Below, piece by piece: positions 13,460-26,369 of a DNA stretch of 64,000 nt. Each line of letters begins with the position of its first letter. Positions within the stretch are counted from its first letter, which is position 1. The notes beneath the pieces were generated by a model that saw only the letters and a list, made by a program, of their open reading frames with translations, did no database searches and was not told the DNA's origin. A program made the position numbers and the translations under genes. The stretch is from NCBI GenBank assembly GCA_951406725.2, contig OX597833.1, forward strand, positions 21,328,001-21,392,000. The letters run 5' to 3'. The DNA comes from Octopus vulgaris (Eukaryota).

Positions 13460-13683
13460 TCTTTTTACTCTTTTACTTGTTTCAGTCATTTGACTGCGGC
13501 CATGCTGGAGCACCGCCTTTTAGTCGAGCAAATCGCCTCCAGGACTTATTCTTTGTAAGCCTAGTACTTATACTATCGGTCTCTTTTTGCCGAACCGCTA
13601 AGTTACGGGGACATAAACACACCAACATCACTTGTCAAGCGATGTTAGAGGGGGGACAAACACAGATACACAAATATATACAC

Positions 13684-13730
<47 letters not shown>

Positions 13731-13912
13731 CATACATACATACATATATACGACGGGCTTCTTTCAGTTTCCGTCTACCAAATCCACTCACAAGGCTTTG
13801 GTCGGCCCGAGGCTATAGTAGAAGACACTTGCCCAAGGTGCTACGCAGTGGGACTGAACCCGTAACTATGTGGTTGGTAAGCAAGCTACTTACCACACAG
13901 CCACTCCTACGC
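13460..13912 (-). mobile_element. SINE family C nested in mariner ORF
   Basis: Full-length copy. CTATAC is duplicated at 13454 and 13913, and removing the SINE restores the mariner frame (MSIQTII). Confidence 0.9.
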
Positions 13913-14612
13913 CTATACAGACAATAATCATACAGTCTGGAACTGATGTGGCAACTGTACACAGAATTATTCAAGAAAGTCTGAACATATGCAAAATTTC
14001 TTCAAGTTTGCTCCCAGGGCTCTCAGTGAAGAGCATCCTGGTAACCAACTATTTGACAGAGAAGTGCATCCAAACTATCTCTCACCCTCCGTATAGTCTA
14101 GACTTTTCCCCCTGCGACTTTTGCTTGTTCCCCAAGTTGAAGGAGAGACTCAGGGTCCGTTGTTTTCAAGAAAAAGAATTCTGTGGCAAGGTTCCTGGAC
14201 ATCACTTTGAAGGACTTTCATGAGGCCTTCACAAAGTAGCTGGAACTCTACAACAAGTGCAATTGTGTCAGAGGTTGCTACTTTGAAGGAGATTAGAGTT
14301 TCGTGTTTCTTTGAAATTAATAATAAACATCTCACCTGAAAAAGTCTTAAAACTTCTAGAATGCATCTTGTAACAAGCAAGCCTCAAAGACAGAAGTAAG
14401 ACATAGCTTATATATCACCAAACTGCTGATACTTACTGTAAGTTAAATCATTAAAAGAATAAACTTCAACGCTAAAGAATTAGTTCTTGGACATAAGAAG
14501 TGTTTTTAGATCAAAGATTAGCTACAGCTAAAGAACACAAGTGTATCTCCCAATTCACCACTCTTGTAGCCTTAGACAATGCTTATTCACCATTCCGTGT
14601 ATTTTTATAAGT

Positions 14613-14949
14613 TCAGACTCCCTTCGTCATGACTGACCATGGGATTGCACCTAGAAAGTTACCCTCCCAGACACAAGCCCGGGCAAGGTTGTTTATGGGA
14701 GACCAGCAGTCGCCCATGCATACCGGCCTCCCTTCTCCATGCCACCAGTGTTATCCAAGGGAAAGGCAAAGGCTGATACAACTTGGCATCTGTGATGTCG
14801 CAACTCATTTTTACAGCTGAGTGGACTGGAGCAACGTGAAATGAAGTGCCTTGCTCAAGAACACAACACGCAGCCCAGTCCGGAATCCGAAATCACAACC
14901 TCACGATCGTAAGCTCGACACTCTAATCACTGAAACTTGCGCCTTCACA
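14613..14949 (-). mobile_element. tRNA-derived SINE (family D head, different tail)
   Basis: Head and CORE-like body as at 8482. TSD TTTTTATAAGT at 14602-14612 and 14951-14961. Confidence 0.8.
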
Positions 14950-15154
14950 TTTTTTATAAGTGCCTGTGCATTATATAGCTCGTAGGTTGTAGTCTCTAGG
15001 CTGAGTCCGTCCTTTGACAGCTCTTGTTTGTGTCATGTTGGATTTCTAGCGAACTTCCGTTGCACCAAATTAGCGTGGTACAGTTGCTGAGGGTGGTGAG
15101 GGTGGTGCTGAATCAGTCATTGATGACACAACGATCCATTTACGCGCACATATT

Positions 15155-15211
<57 letters not shown>

Positions 15212-15228
15212 TTATATACGTACGCACA

Positions 15229-15268
<40 letters not shown>

Positions 15269-15861
15269 TATACTAGCTGGAAAAATCACAAAAACATAAA
15301 AAATGCAAGCATCTGTAAACAGTGTATTGGTGCTCTGAGAAATGTTTGCATATTATGACAGTCTGTCTTTACGTTCTAAGTTCAAATTCTGCTGAGGTCG
15401 ACTTTACCTTTCGTCCTTTCGGGGTCGATAAATTAAGTACCAGTTGTGTACTGGGGTCGATCTAATCAACTGACCCTCTGCCCACAAACATTTTAGGCCT
15501 AGAAAAGTTTATTGTGACAGTTACAGAATATAGAAAGTAATGTAACACCAATGATTATATAATCCAACCAAAATATCTCATTTACACAAACGTAAATGGA
15601 ATTAGTATTTAACCTTAAAATACATTGTACATATTCAAAGAACCTTCTTGGTTTAGCGGTACGGAAAGTTTTTCTGGTATTCTTTTACTTGTTTCAGTCA
15701 TTTGACGGTGACCATGCTGGAGCACCACCCTTTAGAAGAAATTTATCCCCGGACGTATTCCCTGTAAACCAGGTGCTTATTCTATCAGTCTCTTCTGCTG
15801 AACAGTTAAACTACAGGGACGCAAACGCACCAACATCGGTTGTCAAGCAATGGTGGTAGGA

Positions 15862-15939
<78 letters not shown>

Positions 15940-15940
<1 letters not shown>

Positions 15941-16525
15941 CGGGTTTGGAGGTAGTGGTGATGCTGGCTGGTGTGATTTTGTGGTTTGCTGGTATGCCGA
16001 CAGAGATCCAGTGGATTCCCCGATCTTAAAAGTGTAATGTGGATGTGTAATGATGGAGCGGCTGGTGTGGTGGTGATGCTAGCTGGTGCGGTGGTCTTCC
16101 TCACAGTACTTCATGGTAGACAATATTTTGTGTGTATGTCACACCACGCTTTTGGCCTTGTCTGTTATCCCAATTGAGTGTCATAACTCTTACTTTGATA
16201 TTGTTCATAGCTCATGCTCCTGAAAATGCGACACATAATTGGCCATGAGAAAATACCGGTTGAGGCAAATGTATTCCAACTTTTTCAAACGTTTGCACTT
16301 GAGCCTTATTAATTGTTATTGAATATGCAAGTCGAAGTGGAAACTGAAGTCTGTTTAGTATGAATGGAATATTTGCATCACTTGGGCTAAGTTTAATTCT
16401 GGGAATTAGAACTGTACGACTTCTGTTGGAGCCTGTTACCAATGATGCCTCTACACAATGTTCATGGAGTCTTTGCACTTTCATGCGAGTTCCATTACAT
16501 AATCCTTGACTGCTTGAAATACGTT
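15940..16525 (-). mobile_element. Helitron Rep/Hel C-terminal PIF1-type helicase remnant plus 3' sequence
   Basis: GLCNGTRM...VLIPRIKLSPSDANIPFILNRLQFPLRLAYSITINKAQVQTFEKVGIHLPQPVFSHGQLCVAFS...TQNIVYHEVL* (stop at 16101-16103) are the classic Helitron helicase motifs. Confidence 0.92.
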
Positions 16526-16528
16526 CAT

Positions 16529-16589
<61 letters not shown>

Positions 16590-16719
16590 TCGAGTTGTAG
16601 CTGTAATTCAAAGGGACCAGCCTTGTCATATTCTGTTTGAGGCTGAATCTCCCTGAGAACTACGTTAATGTTATGCATGCCTGTGGAGTACTCAGCCATT
16701 TGTGAGTTAATTTTATCCT

Positions 16720-16969
16720 CGTGTGGTAATGAGAAGTGAAATTGACAGCCAATATTTGCTGTGTGTATGTATCTATGAACTTTTCTTTGGGTTTATGTAT
16801 CTACTGTCTCTCTCATTTTATCTCTTTCTCTTTAATTTCCTTTGTGTCACTCTTCTCTCCCGCTTTTGATTTAACAATGTGTATATGCATTTATGTAACT
16901 ACTTCTCTTGCGATGTGATAAACATTTAAAAACACAAAACGAATACGCCGTCACTACTCCCTGTCTCTC

Positions 16970-17015
<46 letters not shown>

Positions 17016-17123
17016 ACTTCCTCTCTGTCCACCTCTCTCTCGCTTTGCCACTTCAGAGAAGTAGGTGTGACGCACACAACAGGTACGTACAAAAACAAAA
17101 AGTTAGCGTATTGATATTATTGA
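16720..17123 (-). mobile_element. Probable Helitron 5' terminal segment
   Basis: Reverse complement begins A|TCAATAATATCAATACGCTAACTTTTTGTTTTTGT, a 5'-TC start of Lep1-like style. Same orientation as the adjacent helicase remnant. Confidence 0.4.
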
Positions 17124-17129
17124 TATATA

Positions 17130-17167
<38 letters not shown>

Positions 17168-17391
17168 CACGCACACACACATACATTCATACATACAATA
17201 TACATATGCACACGCTCGCGCGTGAGCATGTTCGTGCATATGCGTTCGTCGTTATGGATTTGAAAGGGCGCTCATCGCGATAACTGCTGAAAACGATGTC
17301 TCACTGCTACACAACCTGCAATATAGGTTCTGTTTGTATGTGTATTTATATATATGAAGATGATGATAGTTTGAAATCGTGTGTTACTTAC

Positions 17392-19255
17392 CTTCATATG
17401 ATTCTGTACTTTTCCATCCCATGTACTCTGAGGTCATCATTTGCTGAATAATGGCCGCCTTGCCGACGCTAGGTGCTCCTAGGACCAGCACCTTATAAGC
17501 TTGTGCTGATGTCAATGAAGAAGTACTATTAGAGCCGGAAGGGTAGTCGCTAACACTGTTATTTGGAGATATCCAGCTGTAATTGGTCACCAAAGAATCG
17601 CCACGATTCACTAATCCCTTGGATGTTGTCGTGAAAGATCGCATCCGATAAGCGGCTGTCGGTGAGCACTGGCCGCAATTGTCGGTTTCATTCGAGTAAG
17701 GTATGTCATCTGAATCCCGCACGAAAAGATCGTCTGTATATTCCCCTGACCAAGGTGGCGGTCCGAGGAGTTGTGGTTTTCGCCAAGTGTTCTTTGTGGG
17801 CATGGAACTTGTCCGCGGACGCATTTCGTCTTGTAAATCTTGATCAACTCTGTTCTTGTATCGGCGCACTGACGCTGATCGGGGTTTCGGTGGGGCCGAA
17901 TAAAGCATATTCAATCCTGCGGGCGTTGATGACGGTGATAGGGTATTGGAAAGAGTGTTGCTATTTGCGGCCCATTGGTAAACGTCCGAATTCGCGAATT
18001 CATCAGAGGCAACAGTATTGATGGCCGGTGAGGAAAAGGACGAGGTAGGGGGTGGGGAAGTGATGAACGAAAACGTCGTGGATGGGTTGATTGTCAAGTG
18101 GTTTGAAGGTGAAAGTAGTTGGTGCTGTTGTTTTTGCTGTGTTTGTTGTTGACCATTGGGCGGGGGTGGCGGCAACGCCGGGACATAATAACCGGATGCT
18201 GCTGCAGACACAGATGTTGTTGTTGTTGTAGTTGCTGCTGTTGTTCCGATGGGAATGAAAGATGTCTCAAATGCCGGTTCGGTTGACACTGACAAGGATG
18301 GCAGGTCGAGGCACATATTGGCAAAGTTCGCATCTAGCGAGCAGCCGAACGGTGAATCATTATCGAAACCGGACGGATCGGCCTGCTGAAGTACTCGGGA
18401 CGGCACAGCTGGAGGGGGCAAGATTTGCATCGTCTCCCCGCTACTGGTGCATACGACGGCCGGGACTAAAGTCCTGGACGGGGCTATACTTCCGAACGGG
18501 ACACTTCCGAAAGGATCATTTTCAACGGGAGCCGTCGTCGACTGGAATCCCGACAGTATGTTTTGCTGTTGCTGTTGTTGTTGTTGTTGTTGTTGTTGCT
18601 GTTGTTGTTGCTGTTGTTGTTGTTGTTGTTGTGATAATGGTGGTTGTGGTGGCGGTAGACGTGGTGGTAAAGGAGGAGGTGGTGGTGGTATTTGCGGTGG
18701 GGGTTGTTCTGGTGTGAGCTGTGACGGTGGCTGTTGAGGTACAGGCGGCGGTGGCGGTGGCAGTAACGGTGGCGGTGGTAGTTGAGGTGGTGGTTGTTGT
18801 GGCGGTGGCGGTGGCGGTGGTGGTGGTGGTTGTTGTTGTTGTTGCTGTGGTAGTGGGGGTGGCGGGGGTGGTAGTTGCGGTGGTGGTGGAGGTGGTATTG
18901 GCGGTGGTGGTTGTTGTTGTTGTTGTTGTGGTAGCGGCGGTGGCGGTTGCTGAGGTGGGGGCAACGAACGTGAAGGTTCCTCTTCTTCACTGAAATCTAT
19001 TGGAAACCTTTTTGTAGTTGAACTGCTTTGACTTGGAACTTTTTCTTGCTGCTGTTCTTGTTGTTGTTGTTGTTCTTGTTCTTGTTGATGCTGTTGGGGT
19101 TTGAAAGCGGCCTCGATGTCCATCATTTTCGTGGATGCAACAACGTAGGACCAGTCGGGCGAATCGTCAATGGAGTTGCTGGACAAATGGCTGACAGTGC
19201 CGAGGACCTGTAGACGTGGCACTTGAAACGACGAAGACTCCCTCTGCTGGGACAT
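17392..19255 (-). CDS. First coding exon of an RGK-like (Rem/Rad/Gem/Kir-type) small GTPase with a long poly-Q/poly-P N-terminus; downstream exons not identified in this window
   Basis: About 621 open codons from ATG 19255, with in-frame stops upstream. Motifs RPRTSSMP, RMRSFTTTSKGLVNRGDS and YKVLVLGAPSVGKAAIIQQMMTSEY (beta1 plus P-loop). Acceptor TTTTATTTCTTCAG puts the exon start at 19355. Donor GAAG|GTAAGT at 17391 is phase 1. Confidence 0.85.
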
Positions 19256-19389
19256 GCTCAACGCACGAAATGGTTTCCACGGCAACAGCGGACGAAGGCA
19301 GCAAAAAGTCTGTTATCCTGGTCATTAATAGTTCAATACGGACTTGCAAAAATATCTGAAGAAATAAAACACACACACATCCATATATA

Positions 19390-19582
19390 TATATTATATT
19401 ATATTATTTTACATTATAAGATATTATATTATATCATATTATATTATATTATATTATATTATTTTACATTATAAGATATCATATTATATTATATTATATT
19501 ATATTATATTATATTATATTATTTTATTTTGTTTTACATTATGATATATTATATTATATTATATTATATTATATTATATTAT
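19390..19582. repeat. (ATATT)n pentanucleotide tract
   Basis: Direct reading; lies just upstream of the exon acceptor. Confidence 0.9.
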
Positions 19583-19587
19583 TTTAA

Positions 19588-20000
19588 GCAGGAGTGGCTG
19601 TGTGGTAAGTAGCTTCCTTACCAACCACATGCTTCCGGGTTTATTCCCACTGCGTGATACCTTGGGCAAGTGTCTTTTACTATAGCTTCCGGCCGACCAA
19701 AGCCTTGTGAGTGGATTTGGTAGACGGAAACTGAAAGAAGCTCATCGTATATATGTATATATATATATATATATATGCGTGTGTGTGTTTGTGTGTCTGT
19801 GTTTGTCCCCCTAGCATTGCTTGACAACCGATGCTGGTGTGTTTATGTCCCCGTAACGTTAGCGGTTCGGCAAAAGAGACCGATAGAATAAGTATTGGGC
19901 TTACAAAAGAATAAGTCCCGGGGTCGATTTGCTCGATTAAAGGCGGTGCTCCAGCATGGTCACAGTCAAATGACTGAAACAAGTAAAAGAGCAAAAGAGT
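19588..20000 (+). mobile_element. SINE family C
   Basis: Full-length copy. Confidence 0.9.
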
Positions 20001-20588
20001 AATAATAAATCTTGACGTATATTATTTTATTTTACATTATAATATATTATATTATATTTTATTATATTATATTACATTATAATATATATTATGTATTATG
20101 TATTATACATGCAGACAGACAGATAGATAGATAGATAGATATACGATATTATATATTATATTACATGTATGTATTGTATGTATGTAGTGTGTATGTACAT
20201 ATTTATCAGTATGTATAATTGTGTATGTGTCTGTATGTAGATGTATGAGTCTGTGGGAGGGAAAATAGAGCTTTAAAATTGATTTGGTAAATTAGTTGAA
20301 TGTAGAAAAAGGAAGAAGAAAAAAAACATGAGTTTGATTGACTGTTTTAAAAATTACCAGGTGACATGAATACGGAAACGGGAAACAGAAAGAGAGAGGG
20401 GGTAGGAGAGGGAGAAGGAAGAGGGAAGGGGGATGGGATAGAAAAAGAGAGGGGAAGGGGAGAGGCAGCGAGGGGGAGGAGAAGAAGAGAGCGGAATGTG
20501 AAGGGAAAAGAAAGGAAAAACAGAACGGGAAAGAGATGAAAGGAAAATGTAAAGAACTTATGTTTGAATTACGTTTACGTGTACGTAA

Positions 20589-20641
<53 letters not shown>

Positions 20642-20687
20642 AAAAGAGCGAGAGAGAGAGAGAGAAGAGGGAACAGGAGGACAACAC

Positions 20688-20782
<95 letters not shown>

Positions 20783-20784
<2 letters not shown>

Positions 20785-21262
20785 GTTTCTTTATTGGCCA
20801 CACAGGGCTGCACACAGATGGGACGAATTACAAGGTAGAGCTTTTCTTTTGGGGGAATGAGAAAAAAACAAAAAACACAAATAACTAGAGAAACAAAAAA
20901 AAAAGTGGCGTAGGTTTTCGATCAAAAGGGATCGTGAAAGGGAAAAAAGAGAAAAAAAGGAGAAACAAAAGAAACAAAAGAAAAGAAAAAGGAAAAAAGA
21001 AGAAAAAAAGAGGAAAAAGGGGAAGAGGAAAAAAAAACGATCAATAGGGATCGTGTATCACAGTGTCATGATGTACGGTGTAAAGGGGGGAAGCAGATGC
21101 GGTTTATCCGTGGGAAGAAAAGCCTACGAAAAAGACCACGGTAACCTCGGTCAATATTGTTATATGTTACCACATTTGTTTGCAAGTGGGTAAACCCTCT
21201 GTTTTCAATTTCTGGTTTCATAGGACTATGCTCAAGGTGGCTTCGTCATTCATACGTGCCAT
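20783..21262 (-). mobile_element. 3' end of a LINE (Tx1/L1-like) inserted in (TAGA)n
   Basis: Reverse complement ends an ORF ([14 protein letters not shown]), then a T-rich 3' UTR ending CCAATAAAGAAACTT directly at the (TCTA)n tract. Further copies at 22018-22220 and 45717-45970. Confidence 0.55.
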
Positions 21263-21332
<70 letters not shown>

Positions 21333-21631
21333 GGATGGATGGATGGATGGATGGACGGACGGACGGACGGACAGACGGACGGACGGACGGACGGACGGAC
21401 GGACGGATGGATGGATCGATGGATGGATGGATGGATGACTTGAAAGTTGTTTTATCGTTTTAGTGTGGAGCAAAGGTAGTTAGTGTCCGTGACCTTTTCC
21501 AGGGTTTCCGTGAGTTGTGAGAGGAAGGGAGATCTGGCCCGATTGCTCGTAACAAAGTAGAAGAGTGGACTACGCTAAAGACAGCCGAGGTGTCCTGCGG
21601 TGGTGTCAATATAGTGAGTGAGTGAGTGAGT

Positions 21632-21708
<77 letters not shown>

Positions 21709-21811
21709 ACAGAGTGACAGACAAAAAGACTACCTAACAGAGGGACAGGCAGACGAACCGACGGACGGATGGACGGACGGACGGATTAGTGGATGGATGG
21801 ATAGATGGATG

Positions 21812-21870
<59 letters not shown>

Positions 21871-22017
21871 GATTGATTGATTGATTGACTGATGGATAGG
21901 TTTATAAAAAGAAAGAGAGAGACAGACAAAGACAACCTAACAGAGGGACGGACGGACGGACGGACGGACGCATTAGTGGATGGATGGATAATCAGACAGG
22001 TACATGGATAGATAGAT

Positions 22018-22219
22018 AAGTTTCTTTATTGGCCGTACAGGGCTGCACACAGACAGGACAAAATTACAAGGTACAGCTTTTCTTTTGGGGGTAAAAGAAG
22101 GGGGTTTGGTTTTCGATCAAAAGGGATCGTAAATGGAAAGAAAGAGGACAAAAAAAGGGGGGGGGGATAAAATAAGATTTTTAAAAAAGGGGGGGAAGGA
22201 AAAAAATTTGATCAATAGG

Positions 22220-22220
<1 letters not shown>
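22018..22220 (-). mobile_element. Shorter copy of the same LINE 3' end in (TAGA)n
   Basis: AAGTTTCTTTATTGGCCGTACAGGGCTGCACAC...CGATCAAAAGGGATCGT is shared with 20783. Confidence 0.6.
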
Positions 22221-22254
<34 letters not shown>

Positions 22255-22732
22255 GGGTAGGTAGGTAGGTAGGTAGGTAGGTAGGTAGGTACATAGGTAG
22301 GTAACCGTGAGAAACGGCAAAAGAAAATAGTTGCAAAAGATTTTTTTTTTAAGTAATTAAAATAAAAAGAGCTACAAAAATGAGCGAAAGACGAACGATG
22401 TCTTAGTGCATGAAGTAAATCTCTTGCGCCTGTAGCGGACTCTTTATGCAACTTAATAGTGAGGAGAGAATGAATGAAATGAAAAGAGGGAGTGAGAGCG
22501 CGAGTGTGTGTGAGTGATGGAGAGAATGAAAAAGAGAGAGTGAATGAGAGGGTGAGAGAGAGAAAGAGAGAAAGAATGAGGGAGAAGCTATGTATACAGG
22601 TAACAGCGGAGAGACGAAAACCGGCTTAGACTGCTGACAACTAAACAAGCAGAAGAGAGAGGCTAAAATATTTCAAACATAAATATATGTGTGTGTGTGT
22701 TACGTTTGTTAGTATTAGTGTGTGTGTGTGTA

Positions 22733-22767
<35 letters not shown>

Positions 22768-22888
22768 GCACATTTAGAATTCCTTTCTTCGCTACTCGGA
22801 GTTTCGAGTTACCGCTATGCTCTTCAATATAAATAAATATATATAGAAACTCTATGGATAATCATTTTCCTCTCTTTTCATACATACA

Positions 22889-22960
<72 letters not shown>

Positions 22961-23000
22961 GTATTATGTCCATATATCTATATATGTATGTACGCATGTT

Positions 23001-23040
<40 letters not shown>

Positions 23041-23119
23041 AACATATATGTGTATATATCCATATATATATACGTATATGCATATACATACATATGAGTA
23101 TATATACATATACATATAC

Positions 23120-23161
<42 letters not shown>

Positions 23162-23427
23162 GCATATACATCAACAAATATACACACATATACGCACGCG
23201 TATATATGCACATATACATGCAGATACATAAACATACACATCATATATATGTATCGTATATATTATATCGACATACCTATATTCACATACACATAAACAC
23301 ACATATAAGCATGTGCGTGCGTGTGTGTGTCTGCTGGTGACTAGCTTTCAGAGTAATTCTGTTTCGATTCTCGGCTGTCATGTTTACAATTAGCGAAACA
23401 TCTCGGTTCTAGGCAGACACACGCAAA

Positions 23428-23479
<52 letters not shown>

Positions 23480-23595
23480 TCACTCACACACACACATATT
23501 TACACATATCTTCTGTGCGTGTGTGTTTATTTGTGCAGAGAGGGAGAGAGACAGACAGACAGAGGTACACAAAAGACAAAGCAAGCAACAGAAAG

Positions 23596-23626
<31 letters not shown>

Positions 23627-24185
23627 GTATATACGTATGTGTGTTGGTACATTACCGGAGTTGGACGAATCGCCTTGGTGTCGAACATTCTACGCAAAGA
23701 CAGGAAGAGGGTCGAACTCTCTTATGTAACAATTCCAGTTGATGTCCAGTCGACGGCAAGAAAACATCGCGGCATTTCGTTCACCATGCCATTTAAAATA
23801 ACGCAACGAAACGCTACGCAACACCAGTTCGCTCTAGATACACATGGCTACCATACCTGCTTGCTCAACACACTTTACATGCATGTACGCAATATATATA
23901 TATATATATGATCGGTTGTGTGTGGTGTACGTACGGTGGTTTGTGTTTTGTTTTTAGAGAAGACGACGTTACGTTGACGAAAGATGGATAGACGATGTAA
24001 AGTGAAGCGGAGAGGGGGGAAAAAAAGCAAGGAGGAGAAGAAAAAAATTGAAGAAAGGGGAAGAGGCGGCGGATGAGAAAAGTGTAAAGATGAGGCGTGG
24101 CAGATAAATATCGGAACAATGTGATGTGTCGGTTCGGTTATGTACGGATGTGTTAGGAACAAATGGGCCTTGCTTCGGACTACAG

Positions 24186-24188
<3 letters not shown>

Positions 24189-24246
<58 letters not shown>

Positions 24247-24289
24247 GAATAGATATTTTGATAGATAGATAGATAGATAGATAGATATT

Positions 24290-24325
<36 letters not shown>

Positions 24326-24351
24326 CAGATAGATAGATTGATAGATAGATT

Positions 24352-24390
<39 letters not shown>

Positions 24391-24406
24391 GAATAGATAT
24401 TTAGAC

Positions 24407-24458
<52 letters not shown>
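24189..24458. repeat. (TAGA)n/(GATA)n microsatellite
   Basis: Direct reading. Confidence 0.95.
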
Positions 24459-24460
<2 letters not shown>

Positions 24461-25482
24461 ATACTATGTTATATATTATAAATTTGTGTGTGTGTATTTG
24501 TATGTGAGTGTGTGTGTGTGCAATAAAAGTTGTATGCTAATAGCCAATGAGTAAAAGCTTGTGGGATAGCTGTAGTTGATGTGTGTTGTGCTTATGGGTG
24601 TTCCGAAAGGGAAAATATTGGAGAGAAAGCAAAGAGACGGAGAGATTGAACAGGGTATGATTAAGTGAGTGTGTTTATATTTGTGTTTCTGTATGTATAT
24701 GTGTGTGAGAGAGAGAGAGAGTGTGTGTGAGGGTGTATGTGTGTATGTGTTTTTGCTGGTGAGATAGAGAGAAGAAGTAAGTGATGAGGAAGGAGAAAGG
24801 AGGAAGAGAGGAGTTTTGAAAGAATGCAGAAGCGGTTAGAGAGCAAGTAGAGCGACCGGGGAAGAGTAAGGAATGATGGAGAGAAGAAATGATTTAAAAA
24901 AAAAAAGAAAAGAAGAAAGCGATGGCAAGCAAATGATGCAAAGTGGTTGATGATGAATAAATGTGGGAAGAGGAGGAGGAGGGGGAGGAAATGATGGGAG
25001 TATAAAAAGGAGAGAGCGACAGAGGAGAGAGAGGAAGATATTGATGTTTGGAGAGCAAATGAAATGATGAGAAGCAGAAAGTGAGAGAGAGAGAGGGGGA
25101 GGGAGAGAGAAGGAGACAGAGAGAAAGGAAAGGGGTGTGTGGAAAAAGAAGAAGTAGGAGGAGGAACTGAAGGAGGAAGAGAAGGAAAAAAGAAGAGAAG
25201 GAAGGAGAACAGCAACATCACCGCTCCTCCGCCAACAATCAACAGAAACGGAGCGCAATGGAGCTTCAACGATGATCGCTCGGAATGCTAGAAGTAGAAG
25301 CTAAATCACCCCCGAATCACCCATCCCTCCTAAATGCCCACCCCGTTTGTCTCAACAACAGGACGTAAATAACGTGCAGAGCAAAGTCAAAGCTTGACTG
25401 GAATACTTTTGCTCTGACCATAGGCATTCTTCATGGGCTGACCTAGGGTTAAAAAGCACCAACACCATCAAATGATCATGCT

Positions 25483-25621
25483 ATCATCATCATCATCATC
25501 ATCATCATCGTTATCATCATCGTCATCATCATCATCATCATCATCATCGTTATCATCATCGTCATCATCATCATCGTCATCATCATCATCATCATCATTA
25601 TCATCATCATCGTCATCGTCG

Positions 25622-25714
<93 letters not shown>
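25483..25714. repeat. (CAT)n trinucleotide tract
   Basis: Direct reading; source of spurious poly-S/poly-M ORFs. Confidence 0.95.
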
Positions 25715-26204
25715 GTAGCATCAGCCGTAAGCCCATCACACTACTAACAGTAAGAACATAATCATAATAGTACCCCAGGGGAGGTATTTTCCCGGCAAGA
25801 ATTAGCAACGTTCTTTCCCTCGGATTATACTCTACTCATCTGCGTTGATTAAATAATTAATGAGAAAAATATACACTTTGCCTCAAAATACATACGGGAT
25901 GTTTATCTTTTATCTTTTAAACCTAACCTTAATTTTACTTGTTTCAATCGTTGGACTGCGGCCATGCTGGGGCACTGTTTTGATGGGTTTTAGTCGAACT
26001 TAGTGGAGAGGGGGTTTGGGCTTGTTTTTTTTCTATTGTTTTTTTTTACTTAAAGTCTTGTATTGTTCCGTCAGTCTCTTGTGCTAGACTGCTAAGTTAC
26101 GGGGACGTAAACAAACCAACAGCAGTTGTCAAGCGGTGGGAGGGATATAGGTGGCAAACACAAAGACACATATATAGATATATACGTATAAATATATATC
26201 TATG

Positions 26205-26235
<31 letters not shown>

Positions 26236-26329
26236 ATGTATATATATATATATATATATGCATATACATATATATGTTATATATATACAATATATATATA
26301 TATATATTATATATTTATACATATGCATA

Positions 26330-26368
<39 letters not shown>

Positions 26369-26369
26369 G

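Larger units (their letters stand above)
12595..14370 (+). mobile_element. Internally deleted mariner element with degenerate TIRs, carrying two SINE-C insertions
   Basis: HTH part RYAIKCYTKLGINARETNRIFQTTYG...LSRASVFRWCKKFK (13186-13395) and C-terminal HPPYSLDFSPCDFCLFPKLKERLR (13870-14223). TIRs GTGCATTTCAGAAGTTTTGAGATTTTTTAAGG and CCTGAAAAAGTCTTAAAACTTCTAGAATGCATC, with TA flanks. Confidence 0.8.

Noticed and set aside
17384-19285. ORF-track 633-aa protein taken as complete
   Set aside because: The TTG start is not a eukaryotic start, and the last codons read through a GTAAGT donor. It is one exon with an incomplete G-domain.
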